Notes under the pieces: model-generated
What the model was told of the DNA's origin: nothing
The model's database searches: none
The model's input: only the letters and a program-made list of their open reading frames with translations
Shown: positions 41,695 through 49,830 of the stretch, piece by piece
How the letters are laid out: each line of letters starts with the position of its first letter
Position numbering within the stretch: the stretch's first letter is position 1
DNA from: Clostridia bacterium
GTDB taxonomy: Bacteria; Bacillota; Clostridia; CAKSNL01; HGM11501
Assembly (NCBI GenBank): GCA_900766735.1
Contig: CAAFWO010000040.1
Location: 7,896 to 71,895 of the forward strand
Direction: 5' to 3'
Length of the DNA: 64,000 nt
Made by a program: the position numbers and the translations under genes

Positions 41695-42267
41695 TCACAC
41701 TTCCGCCGAATCGTCATCGATCTTAAGCTGGTCACTCTCCTCGGTCTCAAGCTCCTTATAAAGCTCGCCGATGTCGGGCAGTTCGCCGAGGTTTTGAAGG
41801 CCAAAGACCCTCAAAAATTCTTTGGTGGTCGAATAAAGCGACGGGCGGCCCGGCGCGTCCGACGTGCCGGTCTGCTCTATAAGTCCGCACATCACAAGGC
41901 GGCTCACGGAGCTTGAACTGTCAACCCCTCTTATATAGTCGATCTGGCTCCTTGTGACCGGCTGTTTATACGCAACGATGGAAAGAACCTCAAGCGCCGC
42001 ATGCGAAAGCGGAGCGTTCCTTTTAGGCTCTGTCACGCGCCTTACATATTCATAGTATTCTTTTTTTGTCTTAAGCTGAAGATCGTCATCGATCCTGATG
42101 ATCGTGATTCCGCCTTCTTTGTATTTTTCCTCGAGCATCGAGGCTGTTTTTATAACATCGTCGCTGTCAGTCTCAAGCGCCGCGGCAATATCCCCGATCG
42201 CAACACTCTCGCCGGAGGCAAATAAAATCGCCTCTAAGGCAGACATTTTTTCACTGTCCGTCATCAT
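41695..42267 (-). CDS. scpB: segregation and condensation protein B
   Basis: 190 aa, winged-helix pair, N-terminus SALEAILFASGESV. Confidence 0.85.
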   Translation of the reverse strand: MMTDSEKMSALEAILFASGESVAIGDIAAALETDSDDVIKTASMLEEKYKEGGITIIRIDDDLQLKTKKEYYEYVRRVTEPKRNAPLSHAALEVLSIVAYKQPVTRSQIDYIRGVDSSSSVSRLVMCGLIEQTGTSDAPGRPSLYSTTKEFLRVFGLQNLGELPDIGELYKELETEESDQLKIDDDSAEV

Positions 42268-42980
42268 TTCGCCTCCCCGTCCGTTATGGTTATTCCGTCA
42301 TCCTCCTCATAAAACTTAACTTTGCTCAGCTTTATGAGCTCCAAAAGCGCGAGGAAGGACGCGACGCGTTCGCTCCTCGTTCCTTTGAATAAGTCCTTAT
42401 ATTTCATTTTGGTTCTTCGCTTTATACTTTTTAATATATCCTTAACTTTGGAAAAAATACTAACCGGTTTTCTTATGACCGCCTCTTTGATATTTTCCTT
42501 TGACGGCGGCCGCAGGAGCGCCTTTCTTTCGGACAGCGCAAAAAGAGATTTCAAGAGCCTGTCCTTATCCATCGGCGCAAGCGGCTTTGACGGGAATTTG
42601 ATCTGCTCGGCGATCTTGAAAAATGTGTATTTTGACTCAAACTGCCTGTCGGCAATCTTGTCCGCCGTGAGCTTGATAAGCTTGTATTCCTTAAGCCTGT
42701 CAATAAGGCTGACCGCAGTGCCGTCATCCTCCGCCGTCTCCTCCTCGTGCCTTGGCAAAAGGAACTTTGACTTGATATAAAGAAGCTCCGAGGCGATGAC
42801 CAAAAACTCGCTCGAAAAATCTATATTTTCTTTTTTCCAGCGCTCGATATAGTAAAAATACTGATCGGTAATTTCGGCAAGCGACACATCAACAATAGAG
42901 AGCTTGTTTTTGCTTATAAGGTGAAGCAAAAGGTCAAGCGGTCCTTCGAAATCCTCCGATTTAAATATTACCGGTTCCAA
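42264..42980 (-). CDS. scpA: segregation and condensation protein A
   Basis: 238 aa; ATGA overlap with scpB. Confidence 0.85.
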   Translation of the reverse strand: MEPVIFKSEDFEGPLDLLLHLISKNKLSIVDVSLAEITDQYFYYIERWKKENIDFSSEFLVIASELLYIKSKFLLPRHEEETAEDDGTAVSLIDRLKEYKLIKLTADKIADRQFESKYTFFKIAEQIKFPSKPLAPMDKDRLLKSLFALSERKALLRPPSKENIKEAVIRKPVSIFSKVKDILKSIKRRTKMKYKDLFKGTRSERVASFLALLELIKLSKVKFYEEDDGITITDGEAK

Positions 42981-42992
42981 TCATTCATCCCC

Positions 42993-44276
42993 TCAAACGT
43001 CATATCTTAAAATATCTTCATACGTTTCGCGGCGCACACAGATTCGAGATTCTCCGCCGCGGACAAACACGATCGGCGGTCGCGGCACTCTGTTATAATT
43101 GCTTGCCATTGAATAGTTATATGCACCGGTCGCCAAAACGGCTAAAATGTCGCCGCTCTTAACATCGCCGATCGGAACGTTTTCACCCAGCATATCGCCG
43201 GATTCGCAACACTTTCCGCACACGGTGACCTCTTTATCCTTCGGCTGATCGCATCTGTCGGCAATTAAAAAAGAGTATTTTGCACCGTATAAAATATATC
43301 TGGGGTTATCTCCCATTCCCCCGTCGACAGACACGTATGTCCTAACTCCGGGAATCTCCTTTACCCCGCCGACCTTATAGAGCGTCACTCCGGCAGGGCC
43401 GACTATAGCCCTTCCGGGCTCAAACCCGAGGCGAATTAACGGGCGCTTTTCTTTTTTCCGGCGCTCTTTGACATATGTCAGCACCGGCTTTAATATTTCG
43501 TCATAAGAAAGCGGATTATCCTCATCTGTATACTTGATTCCGAACCCTCCGCCGAGCACAAGCTCCGAAAATTCAGTACCGTGCTTTTTTTCCAGGTCAC
43601 CGGTAAAGTCCAGCATCACCTTCGCCGCTTCGACGAAAGGCTCTTTTTCAAATATCTGCGATCCGATATGACAATGAAACCCGCAAAGATTAATATTTTC
43701 AAGCTCTAACGCTTTTTTTGTTATCTCGTCAGCAGCACCGGTCTTGATCGCGCATCCGAATTTTGAATCGATCTGCCCTGTCTTGATAAAATCGTGGGTA
43801 TGCGCTTCAACCCCGGGTGTGATTCTTAAAAGAATATCCTGGATGATATCAGCTTCCTTTGCATATTCGTTAAGCTTTATAAGTTCATCTGTATTGTCGA
43901 CAATAAATTTGCCGACACGGTAAGATATGCCGAGCTTTATTTCCTCATCAGTCTTATTATTTCCGTGATAATGAATCTTTTCCATCGGAAAGCCTGAGGC
44001 GTATGCCGTGTATAGCTCGCCTCCGGACACGCAGTCAAGTCCGAGCCCCTCTTCGTTTGCTATTTTGCACATTTCCTTTATACAAAGCGCCTTCGAGGCA
44101 TATGTAATCATACCCTCGGAATCATAGTATTTGTCGATCGCGCTTTTAAGGGCACGCATATTGTCCCTCACCGCGTCCTCATCCATAATATAAAGGGGCG
44201 TGCCGTATTTTTCGGCCAGAGAAGAAGCGGTCAAAGAACCGATATAAAGTTGTCCGTTTTTAATGTCGATTGCCAT
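42993..44276 (-). CDS. lysA: diaminopimelate decarboxylase
   Basis: 427 aa PLP fold-III decarboxylase; ASKAL PLP-Lys region, C-terminal EYD motif …CESGD. Confidence 0.9.
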   Translation of the reverse strand: MAIDIKNGQLYIGSLTASSLAEKYGTPLYIMDEDAVRDNMRALKSAIDKYYDSEGMITYASKALCIKEMCKIANEEGLGLDCVSGGELYTAYASGFPMEKIHYHGNNKTDEEIKLGISYRVGKFIVDNTDELIKLNEYAKEADIIQDILLRITPGVEAHTHDFIKTGQIDSKFGCAIKTGAADEITKKALELENINLCGFHCHIGSQIFEKEPFVEAAKVMLDFTGDLEKKHGTEFSELVLGGGFGIKYTDEDNPLSYDEILKPVLTYVKERRKKEKRPLIRLGFEPGRAIVGPAGVTLYKVGGVKEIPGVRTYVSVDGGMGDNPRYILYGAKYSFLIADRCDQPKDKEVTVCGKCCESGDMLGENVPIGDVKSGDILAVLATGAYNYSMASNYNRVPRPPIVFVRGGESRICVRRETYEDILRYDV

Positions 44277-44422
44277 AATTCATCATCCTTAAAACAAAGC
44301 CTTAATTAAAATAATTTTACCACACAAAGAGTATTTTGTCAAATAATAAACCTTAAATAAAAAGTTCACATTTTATTTTTATTTTAGATATAGTTAATTC
44401 ACAATCATATTATATAATAAAA

Positions 44423-44525
44423 TTGTAAAGCAGAGAAAACGCTTTACAAAGTTTTTCATTTTCCTCTCCTATATCTCATTTGGATGCAGGCGCACAGTTT
44501 TCCCCAACTGTGCGTTTTGCTTTTT
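44423..44525 (+). ncRNA. candidate small RNA or 5' leader: 9-bp perfect hairpin (TTGTAAAGC…GCTTTACAA) followed by an intrinsic terminator (CGCACAGTT-TTCCCC-AACTGTGCG-TTTTGCTTTTT)
   Basis: located after a TATAAT (44413-18) and ~70 nt before the RBS of rluA-family gene; no + strand gene upstream that it could terminate. Confidence 0.35.
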
Positions 44526-44597
44526 AAATTCTTTTTGTTGCTTTTTTTACTATTGTATGCTAAAATAAGGAAAGTGTTATTGATACGGAGAACAATT

Positions 44598-45503
44598 ATG
44601 AGAATATTTACGTTAAACGCCGATGACGCAGGTCAGAGGCTTGACAAATATATAATGAAAATAACCGATATGCCGCGTTCGCTTGTTTATAAATACATAA
44701 GAACCGGCCATATAAAAGTGAATAAAAAGAAGAAGGACGGCAGCTTTTTTCTTTCCGCGGGAGACACGGTTGCGCTTTTTATCGGCGATGAGTTCTTCAA
44801 ATCGCCAAAAAGCTCATTTCCTCAAAAAAAGCTTGACATAATTTTCGAGACCGAGGATCTTCTGGCCGTAAATAAACCCTCCGGAATGAAGAGCCAGCCG
44901 GACGGACCTTGTGATAACGCGCTTTCGGAGTATATCAAAGGCTATCTTTATGATAAGGGCGAATATGACCCGGAGGACGGGCATTCGTTTGCTCCGGCAA
45001 TATGCAACAGGCTTGACGTTAACACTTCGGGAATTGTGCTCGCGGCGAAAAATGCCGAAACGCTTCGGTTCTTAAATGAAAAGGTTAAGAATAAAGAGAT
45101 CGAAAAATACTATCGCTGCATCGTATGCGGCACTCCCCCTAAAGAGAGTGATATTCTTACCGGATATATCTTAAAGGACCGCAAAAAAAACAGATCGGTG
45201 ATAAAAAAAGAAGAAGGCCCGGGCTCAAAATTTGTCAAGACCGGATATAAAGTGCTCCGTTCGCATATGGGGCGCTCGCTTCTTGATATCACGTTATATA
45301 CAGGCAGATCGCACCAGATACGCGCGCACATGGCGTCTGTCGGATGCCCGATAGAGGGCGACTTTAAATACGGCGGCGGCGAAGGCACGCAAAAGCTTTG
45401 TGCATATAAGCTTGTATTTAATTTTTCGGACGAAGGCAAGCTCTCATATCTTAACGGCAAAACGCTTGAAATTATTCCTTACTTTGATGAAGAGGTGCAA
45501 TAA
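44598..45503 (+). CDS. RluA-family pseudouridine synthase
   Basis: 301 aa from ATG 44598 (RBS GGAG); S4-like N-terminus, catalytic motif NRLDVNTSG; track ORF 44484 start is a spurious upstream extension. Confidence 0.85.
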   Translation: MRIFTLNADDAGQRLDKYIMKITDMPRSLVYKYIRTGHIKVNKKKKDGSFFLSAGDTVALFIGDEFFKSPKSSFPQKKLDIIFETEDLLAVNKPSGMKSQPDGPCDNALSEYIKGYLYDKGEYDPEDGHSFAPAICNRLDVNTSGIVLAAKNAETLRFLNEKVKNKEIEKYYRCIVCGTPPKESDILTGYILKDRKKNRSVIKKEEGPGSKFVKTGYKVLRSHMGRSLLDITLYTGRSHQIRAHMASVGCPIEGDFKYGGGEGTQKLCAYKLVFNFSDEGKLSYLNGKTLEIIPYFDEEVQ

Positions 45504-45505
45504 AA

Positions 45506-46365
45506 TGAATTTGGCTAACGAATGGAAGGATTATGAGATATTAGATCTTTATAACGGAGAAAAGGTTGAGCGCTGGGGAGAAATAATACTTATACGGCCC
45601 GACCCTCAGGTCATATGGCCGAAAACGGATGCGGCAGAGTGGGGAAAAAAGGCATATGCAAAATATATAAGATCGTCATCCGGCGGCGGAAGCTGGGAAT
45701 ATTATAAAAAGCTCCCCGAAAAGTGGCAGATAAATTACAAAAATCTTTCTTTTTACATTAAGCCGATGGGCTTTAAGCATACAGGGCTCTTCCCCGAGCA
45801 GGCTGTAAACTGGGACTATATGATAGCAAAAATCAAAAATGCGAATCGCCCGATAAGGGTGTTAAACCTCTTCGCTTATACCGGCGGAGCAACGGTCGCC
45901 TGCGTTTCTGCCGGCGCTTTTGTATGCCATGTTGACAGTTCGAAGGGTATGACGGCATGGGCAAAGGAAAACATCGCCTTATCAGGGCTTTCGGATAAGC
46001 CGATGCGCTTTATTGTTGACGACGTGAGAAAATTTGTCGAGCGCGAAATAAGACGCGGCAACACTTATGACGCAATAGTAATGGATCCCCCGTCTTACGG
46101 GCGCGGTGCCGGAAAAGAAGTCTGGAGTCTTGAGACCGACCTTTATGATCTTGTTTCGCTCTGTTCGAACGTTCTTTCCGACAACCCCTTGTTTTTCCTT
46201 ATTAATTCATACACGACCGGCCTCTCACCTACTGTGCTTGAAAACATACTCGCAATAAATCTTTCGCGCTTTAAAGGAAAGATAAGCTCCGGCGAGGTTG
46301 GCCTTCCGGTCACAAATTCAAACCTTATTCTCCCGTGCGGAATTTTCGGACGGTGGGAGGAATAA
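45506..46365 (+). CDS. class I SAM-dependent (rRNA) methyltransferase, RlmI/YwbD-like
   Basis: 286 aa from ATG 45506; SAM motif LNLFAYTGGATVA, DPPSY motif (IVMDPPSYG). Confidence 0.75.
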
Positions 46366-46400
46366 AAAATATCGGGTGTAAAATTTACACCCGATATTTT

Positions 46401-48020
46401 TTATTTAACGAGTATCCATTCGGTATACTCATCGTCAGAATGCTTTTTTGCCGACGAAGCATAATCTGTAAGCTTCAATAAATCGGAATCAAACTCAAGG
46501 TTGTATTCCGTTTTATCGTTTTTGACAAACTTGCCGCTGCAATCTTTTGCGGAATATATATCATCATTCAAATTCGAATCCGGAACCATAACGATCGGCC
46601 CGAACGAAAAACCGGCATATGTTTTTTCGCCGATAATGACAGTTTCCTTTACAAGCCGAATGCTAAGATCCAGCAATATTTCATCACCGTCACTGATTTC
46701 AATGGTCGCATATCCGTCAACCAAAGGAGCCGGGCTCTTTTTTCCGTTCACGGCAATATAATACTCTTCACACCATGACGGAATACGAAGCTTTAGTTTT
46801 TTCCCGCAGTCACTCACAACCGAAAAAAAGATCTTCCCGTCAAACGGATATCCGGTAGTTTCTTCAATTCTGACCTTCCCGTTATCGTATACTGCCGAAG
46901 CGTATACGGCCGGAATTAAAGCCTTGTGACGCGGCAGAAAGAGCGCTTTTTAATCACATATTGGGTTCATTTGACGATGAGAGTGCCGACTTTGCATATT
47001 ATCAGCCGAATTTCGGGAAGAGGGTCACCAGGACAACCGGAAGCGATCCTTATAAGTGCTGCAGATACCGCGGATATAATTTTATCAGCCGTCTTAACGA
47101 GCTTTTGTTCACAGAAGATGACAATATTTCGTCTCCCCGGTCGCCTTGTAAAGAAGAAGCGAAAACTCCGCCCAACCGACGGAAACACAAGTTTCGTTCG
47201 GGTGAATATCGAGCGGCAAAAAGCAAGGCTTATTCCCCTCGGGAATCCATTTTTCCGCATTTGTCCCGTTTCCGGGGCGGCGAATCTGCGTGCTATTGAG
47301 CTCTTCCCAATATTTTTTTGCACCGTACAAACACTCATAATCATTTGAATCGCAATAGTAGAACAGCATGCCGATTAAAATGATGAAATTTTCGATTCCT
47401 TTTTTGCTTCTCAAATCAAAAATACTTTCAAAATCAAAAAAGTTGTTACCCGAATTTTTCAGTCTTTTTATAATATAGCGGATAAATTCGGCATAGACCA
47501 CATCATCAGTTATGTCATAAAGCTCCGGAAGCGTTAAAAGAAACGAAGCGTTTTGCGTCCCGTCGTTAAATGCATCCATAATATCATCTTTTTCTGCCAT
47601 ATAATGAAAAGCAATGTTTTTTGAGCACTTTTCAGCCGCGGCAAGCGCCCTTTTCCTCTTCGTCGCTTTGTAGTATGACATTAATCCGCAAACCGTGAAG
47701 GTCTGGTTCCAGACGGAAAATTTTTGCCATTCATCCTCCTTCGGGTATCCTCCGAGATAGCCGTCATCATGCTGATTTTTTATTATACACTCCACCAGCT
47801 CCTCTGCCTTGTCCAAAAGGCTCGGATCGCCCGTCGCATTGTAAAAATTAATGCAGGTATCGAGGCATTTTCCGGCGAATTCGCTTTCCGCAAAGCCATG
47901 ATATTCCCTGTGGTCACCAATGTACGCCTTCTTGTGTGCTTCAAGGTCAATTGTATTTTTAATGCTGTCGAGACATTTATCATATGCTCTTTTTAAAAAA
48001 CCGGATTTTAATTCTGCCAT
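46401..48020 (-). pseudogene. DUF1680/GH127-like glycoside hydrolase with two compensating frameshifts
   Basis: Frame A ORF 47109..48020 (…HPNETCVSVGW…GETKYCHLL*). Frame A then has five stops for ~160 nt while frame B reads protein-like KLVKTADKIISAVSAALIRIASGCPGDPLPEIRLIICKVGTLIVK. Frame A resumes at ~46955 through 46401 (…IPAVYASAVYDNGKVRIEE…KLKLRIPSWCEEYYIAVNGKK…). Shift points abut T4/T5 homopolymers. Confidence 0.45.
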
Positions 48021-48145
48021 GTAATCACCTCTTTTTCATTATACAAAAAAATATGATATAACGCAATATCATATTTTATATTTTTTTATCGATCATGATA
48101 TATTATTGACATTTTGTATCACAAATGCTACTATAATTTTATGAG

Positions 48146-49030
48146 GTGATCAAAATGCAGAAAAATGCACTCTATATTGCAAGGCTTTACATGCTTAAAG
48201 AAAATAAAAAATCCAAATTTTCACTTTTGGCTGATTATTGTCTGTCAAACATCGACTCGCTCGATAAGCTGACTATCACGGAACTTTCCGAAAGCACCCA
48301 AACGAGCTATGCTACCGTCTGCCGCTTTGTGAAGGAGATTGGCGTTTCGGGCTTTAGGGAATTTAAGAAAATGATCAGAAGCGAGGTTGACAATCAAAAA
48401 AGGCTCGAAATCAAGATCGACAATTTTGCGCCCGAAGAAAGCGACGGTCTTTCGTTCGAACTTCTGAGTAAAAAGGTGTGCGGCTTTTCGTCGAGTGTGG
48501 TCGAAAACTGTTATTCCACGCTGAAAGAAGAGACACTTATAAGGTTTATAAAACACTTTATGAAAGCAAAATGCGTCTATTTCATTGGGATGGGCACATC
48601 TGCCGTGACGGCGCTTTATGCCTATACAAAACTTTTTCGTATCAAACGCAGCTGTTCGTTTGATTCAGACGCAATAATTGCAAAAATGAAGGCGTCCGTC
48701 ATGGAGAAGGACGATATGCTCTTTGTTATTTCATCCTCCGGCAGGACTAAAGCAATGGTCGAGGCGGCACAAAATGCAAAGAAAAACGGTACGCTGATAG
48801 TCAGTCTTTGCGACTTTCTTGTCTCACCTCTTTCCGACGTTTCGGATATTAACATATGTACGACAATCAGAAACTCAAACAAATATTTAGACACCGACTT
48901 TCCGCTGATACAGGGGCAGATTACAATCATCGATATTTTATACGCCTGTCTATGCAGCTCGGTAAAGGCTTCCTCCGGCATGAATTTCAAAAAGACGGTC
49001 GCGGCAGTAAAAGACGATAAAACAAATTAA
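48146..49030 (+). CDS. MurR/RpiR-family transcriptional regulator (HTH + SIS domain)
   Basis: N-terminal HTH (LTITELSESTQTSYATVCRFVKEIG), C-terminal SIS (VYFIGMGTSAV). Confidence 0.8.
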   Translation: MIKMQKNALYIARLYMLKENKKSKFSLLADYCLSNIDSLDKLTITELSESTQTSYATVCRFVKEIGVSGFREFKKMIRSEVDNQKRLEIKIDNFAPEESDGLSFELLSKKVCGFSSSVVENCYSTLKEETLIRFIKHFMKAKCVYFIGMGTSAVTALYAYTKLFRIKRSCSFDSDAIIAKMKASVMEKDDMLFVISSSGRTKAMVEAAQNAKKNGTLIVSLCDFLVSPLSDVSDINICTTIRNSNKYLDTDFPLIQGQITIIDILYACLCSSVKASSGMNFKKTVAAVKDDKTN

Positions 49031-49191
49031 TGCTTAAGATCTGATCGAGCCAGACATTCTCTGCAACAAGGCTCACTTTCCGTTTGAAGTTCATGAAGAT
49101 GACAATTTTTTCGTTTCTGACAGGGGAAATTTAATTAAAATATACTCGCGAATTATTTAATTTTTTCAAAAAAATCGCACAAAATTCGTAC

Positions 49192-49226
49192 ACGAGAAAA
49201 AGAAAGCGCCTAAAATAGGCGCTTTC
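49192..49226 (-). terminator. rho-independent terminator of the tRNA-Leu/tRNA-Ala transcription unit
   Basis: GAAAGCGCC-TAAAATA-GGCGCTTTC with T-run on minus strand. Confidence 0.7.
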
Positions 49227-49234
49227 GGGCTATA

Positions 49235-49310
49235 TGGTGGAGATATGGGGATTCGAACCCCAGACCTGTTACATGCGAAGCAACCGCTCTCCCAACTGAG
49301 CTATACCCCC
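49235..49310 (-). tRNA. tRNA-Ala (anticodon CGC)
   Basis: 76 nt; 5' GGGGGTATAGCTCAGTTGGGAGAGC…, G3:U70 Ala identity pair, anticodon loop TTCGCAT, encoded CCA. Confidence 0.9.
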
Positions 49311-49316
49311 AAAGGT

Positions 49317-49405
49317 TGGTGCCCGAGACCGGAATCGAACCGGTACGACTTTTAACGGTCGCAGGATTTTAAGTCCTGTGCGTCTGCCAGTTCCGCCACT
49401 CGGGC
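49317..49405 (-). tRNA. tRNA-Leu (anticodon TAA), long variable arm
   Basis: 89 nt; GCCCGAGTGGCGGAACTGGCAGACGC…, anticodon loop CTTAAAA, variable stem-loop CGACCGTTAAAAGTCG, encoded CCA. Confidence 0.9.
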
Positions 49406-49419
49406 TAACAACAAAATAT

Positions 49420-49448
49420 AGAATATCACATTTTCCCCGATTTGTCAA
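49420..49448 (-). promoter_or_regulatory. promoter of tRNA pair (TTGACA -17- TATTCT with TGTG extension)
   Basis: minus-strand -35 at 49443-48, -10 at 49420-25, ~8 nt before tRNA-Leu 5' end. Confidence 0.55.
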
Positions 49449-49567
49449 GTGCTATATGCGAAAAACTGTCCCGTTTTTTAATATGCGCACCAAAAATAAG
49501 ATATTTTCGGAGCGCATATTAAAGCGGCTCTCTCCACACCTTTTTGGCAGCGTGGGTAAAACGATTT

Positions 49568-49825
49568 TCACTTCTTAAACGCCGAGAAAAGGCCTTTCTT
49601 TTCATACGGCTCTTCGCTTATGTCTCCGAGCGTGTAACCTGTGTTTTTTATGACTTCTCTGATCTTTTCCTTGTCGAGCTCATTTTCGGAGATTATCTCC
49701 GTCTCGCCTTTAGAGTGTGAAGAGGTGACCTTTTTAACATCAAACGCCGCCCTTATCGCGTCATTCACGTGCGCCTCGCACATCTGGCACATCATACCGT
49801 CGATTTTCAAGGTTGTTTTGATCAT
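49568..49825 (-). CDS. copZ: copper chaperone CopZ (heavy-metal-associated domain)
   Basis: 85 aa, metal-binding GMMCQMC. Confidence 0.8.
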   Translation of the reverse strand: MIKTTLKIDGMMCQMCEAHVNDAIRAAFDVKKVTSSHSKGETEIISENELDKEKIREVIKNTGYTLGDISEEPYEKKGLFSAFKK

Positions 49826-49830
49826 AATAA

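Noticed and set aside
44484-44597. N-terminal extension of the rluA-family ORF (MQAHSFPQLCVLLFKFFLLLF…)
   Set aside because: The extension runs through an intrinsic terminator hairpin and lacks an RBS. The conserved start, with a GGAG RBS, is the ATG at 44598.
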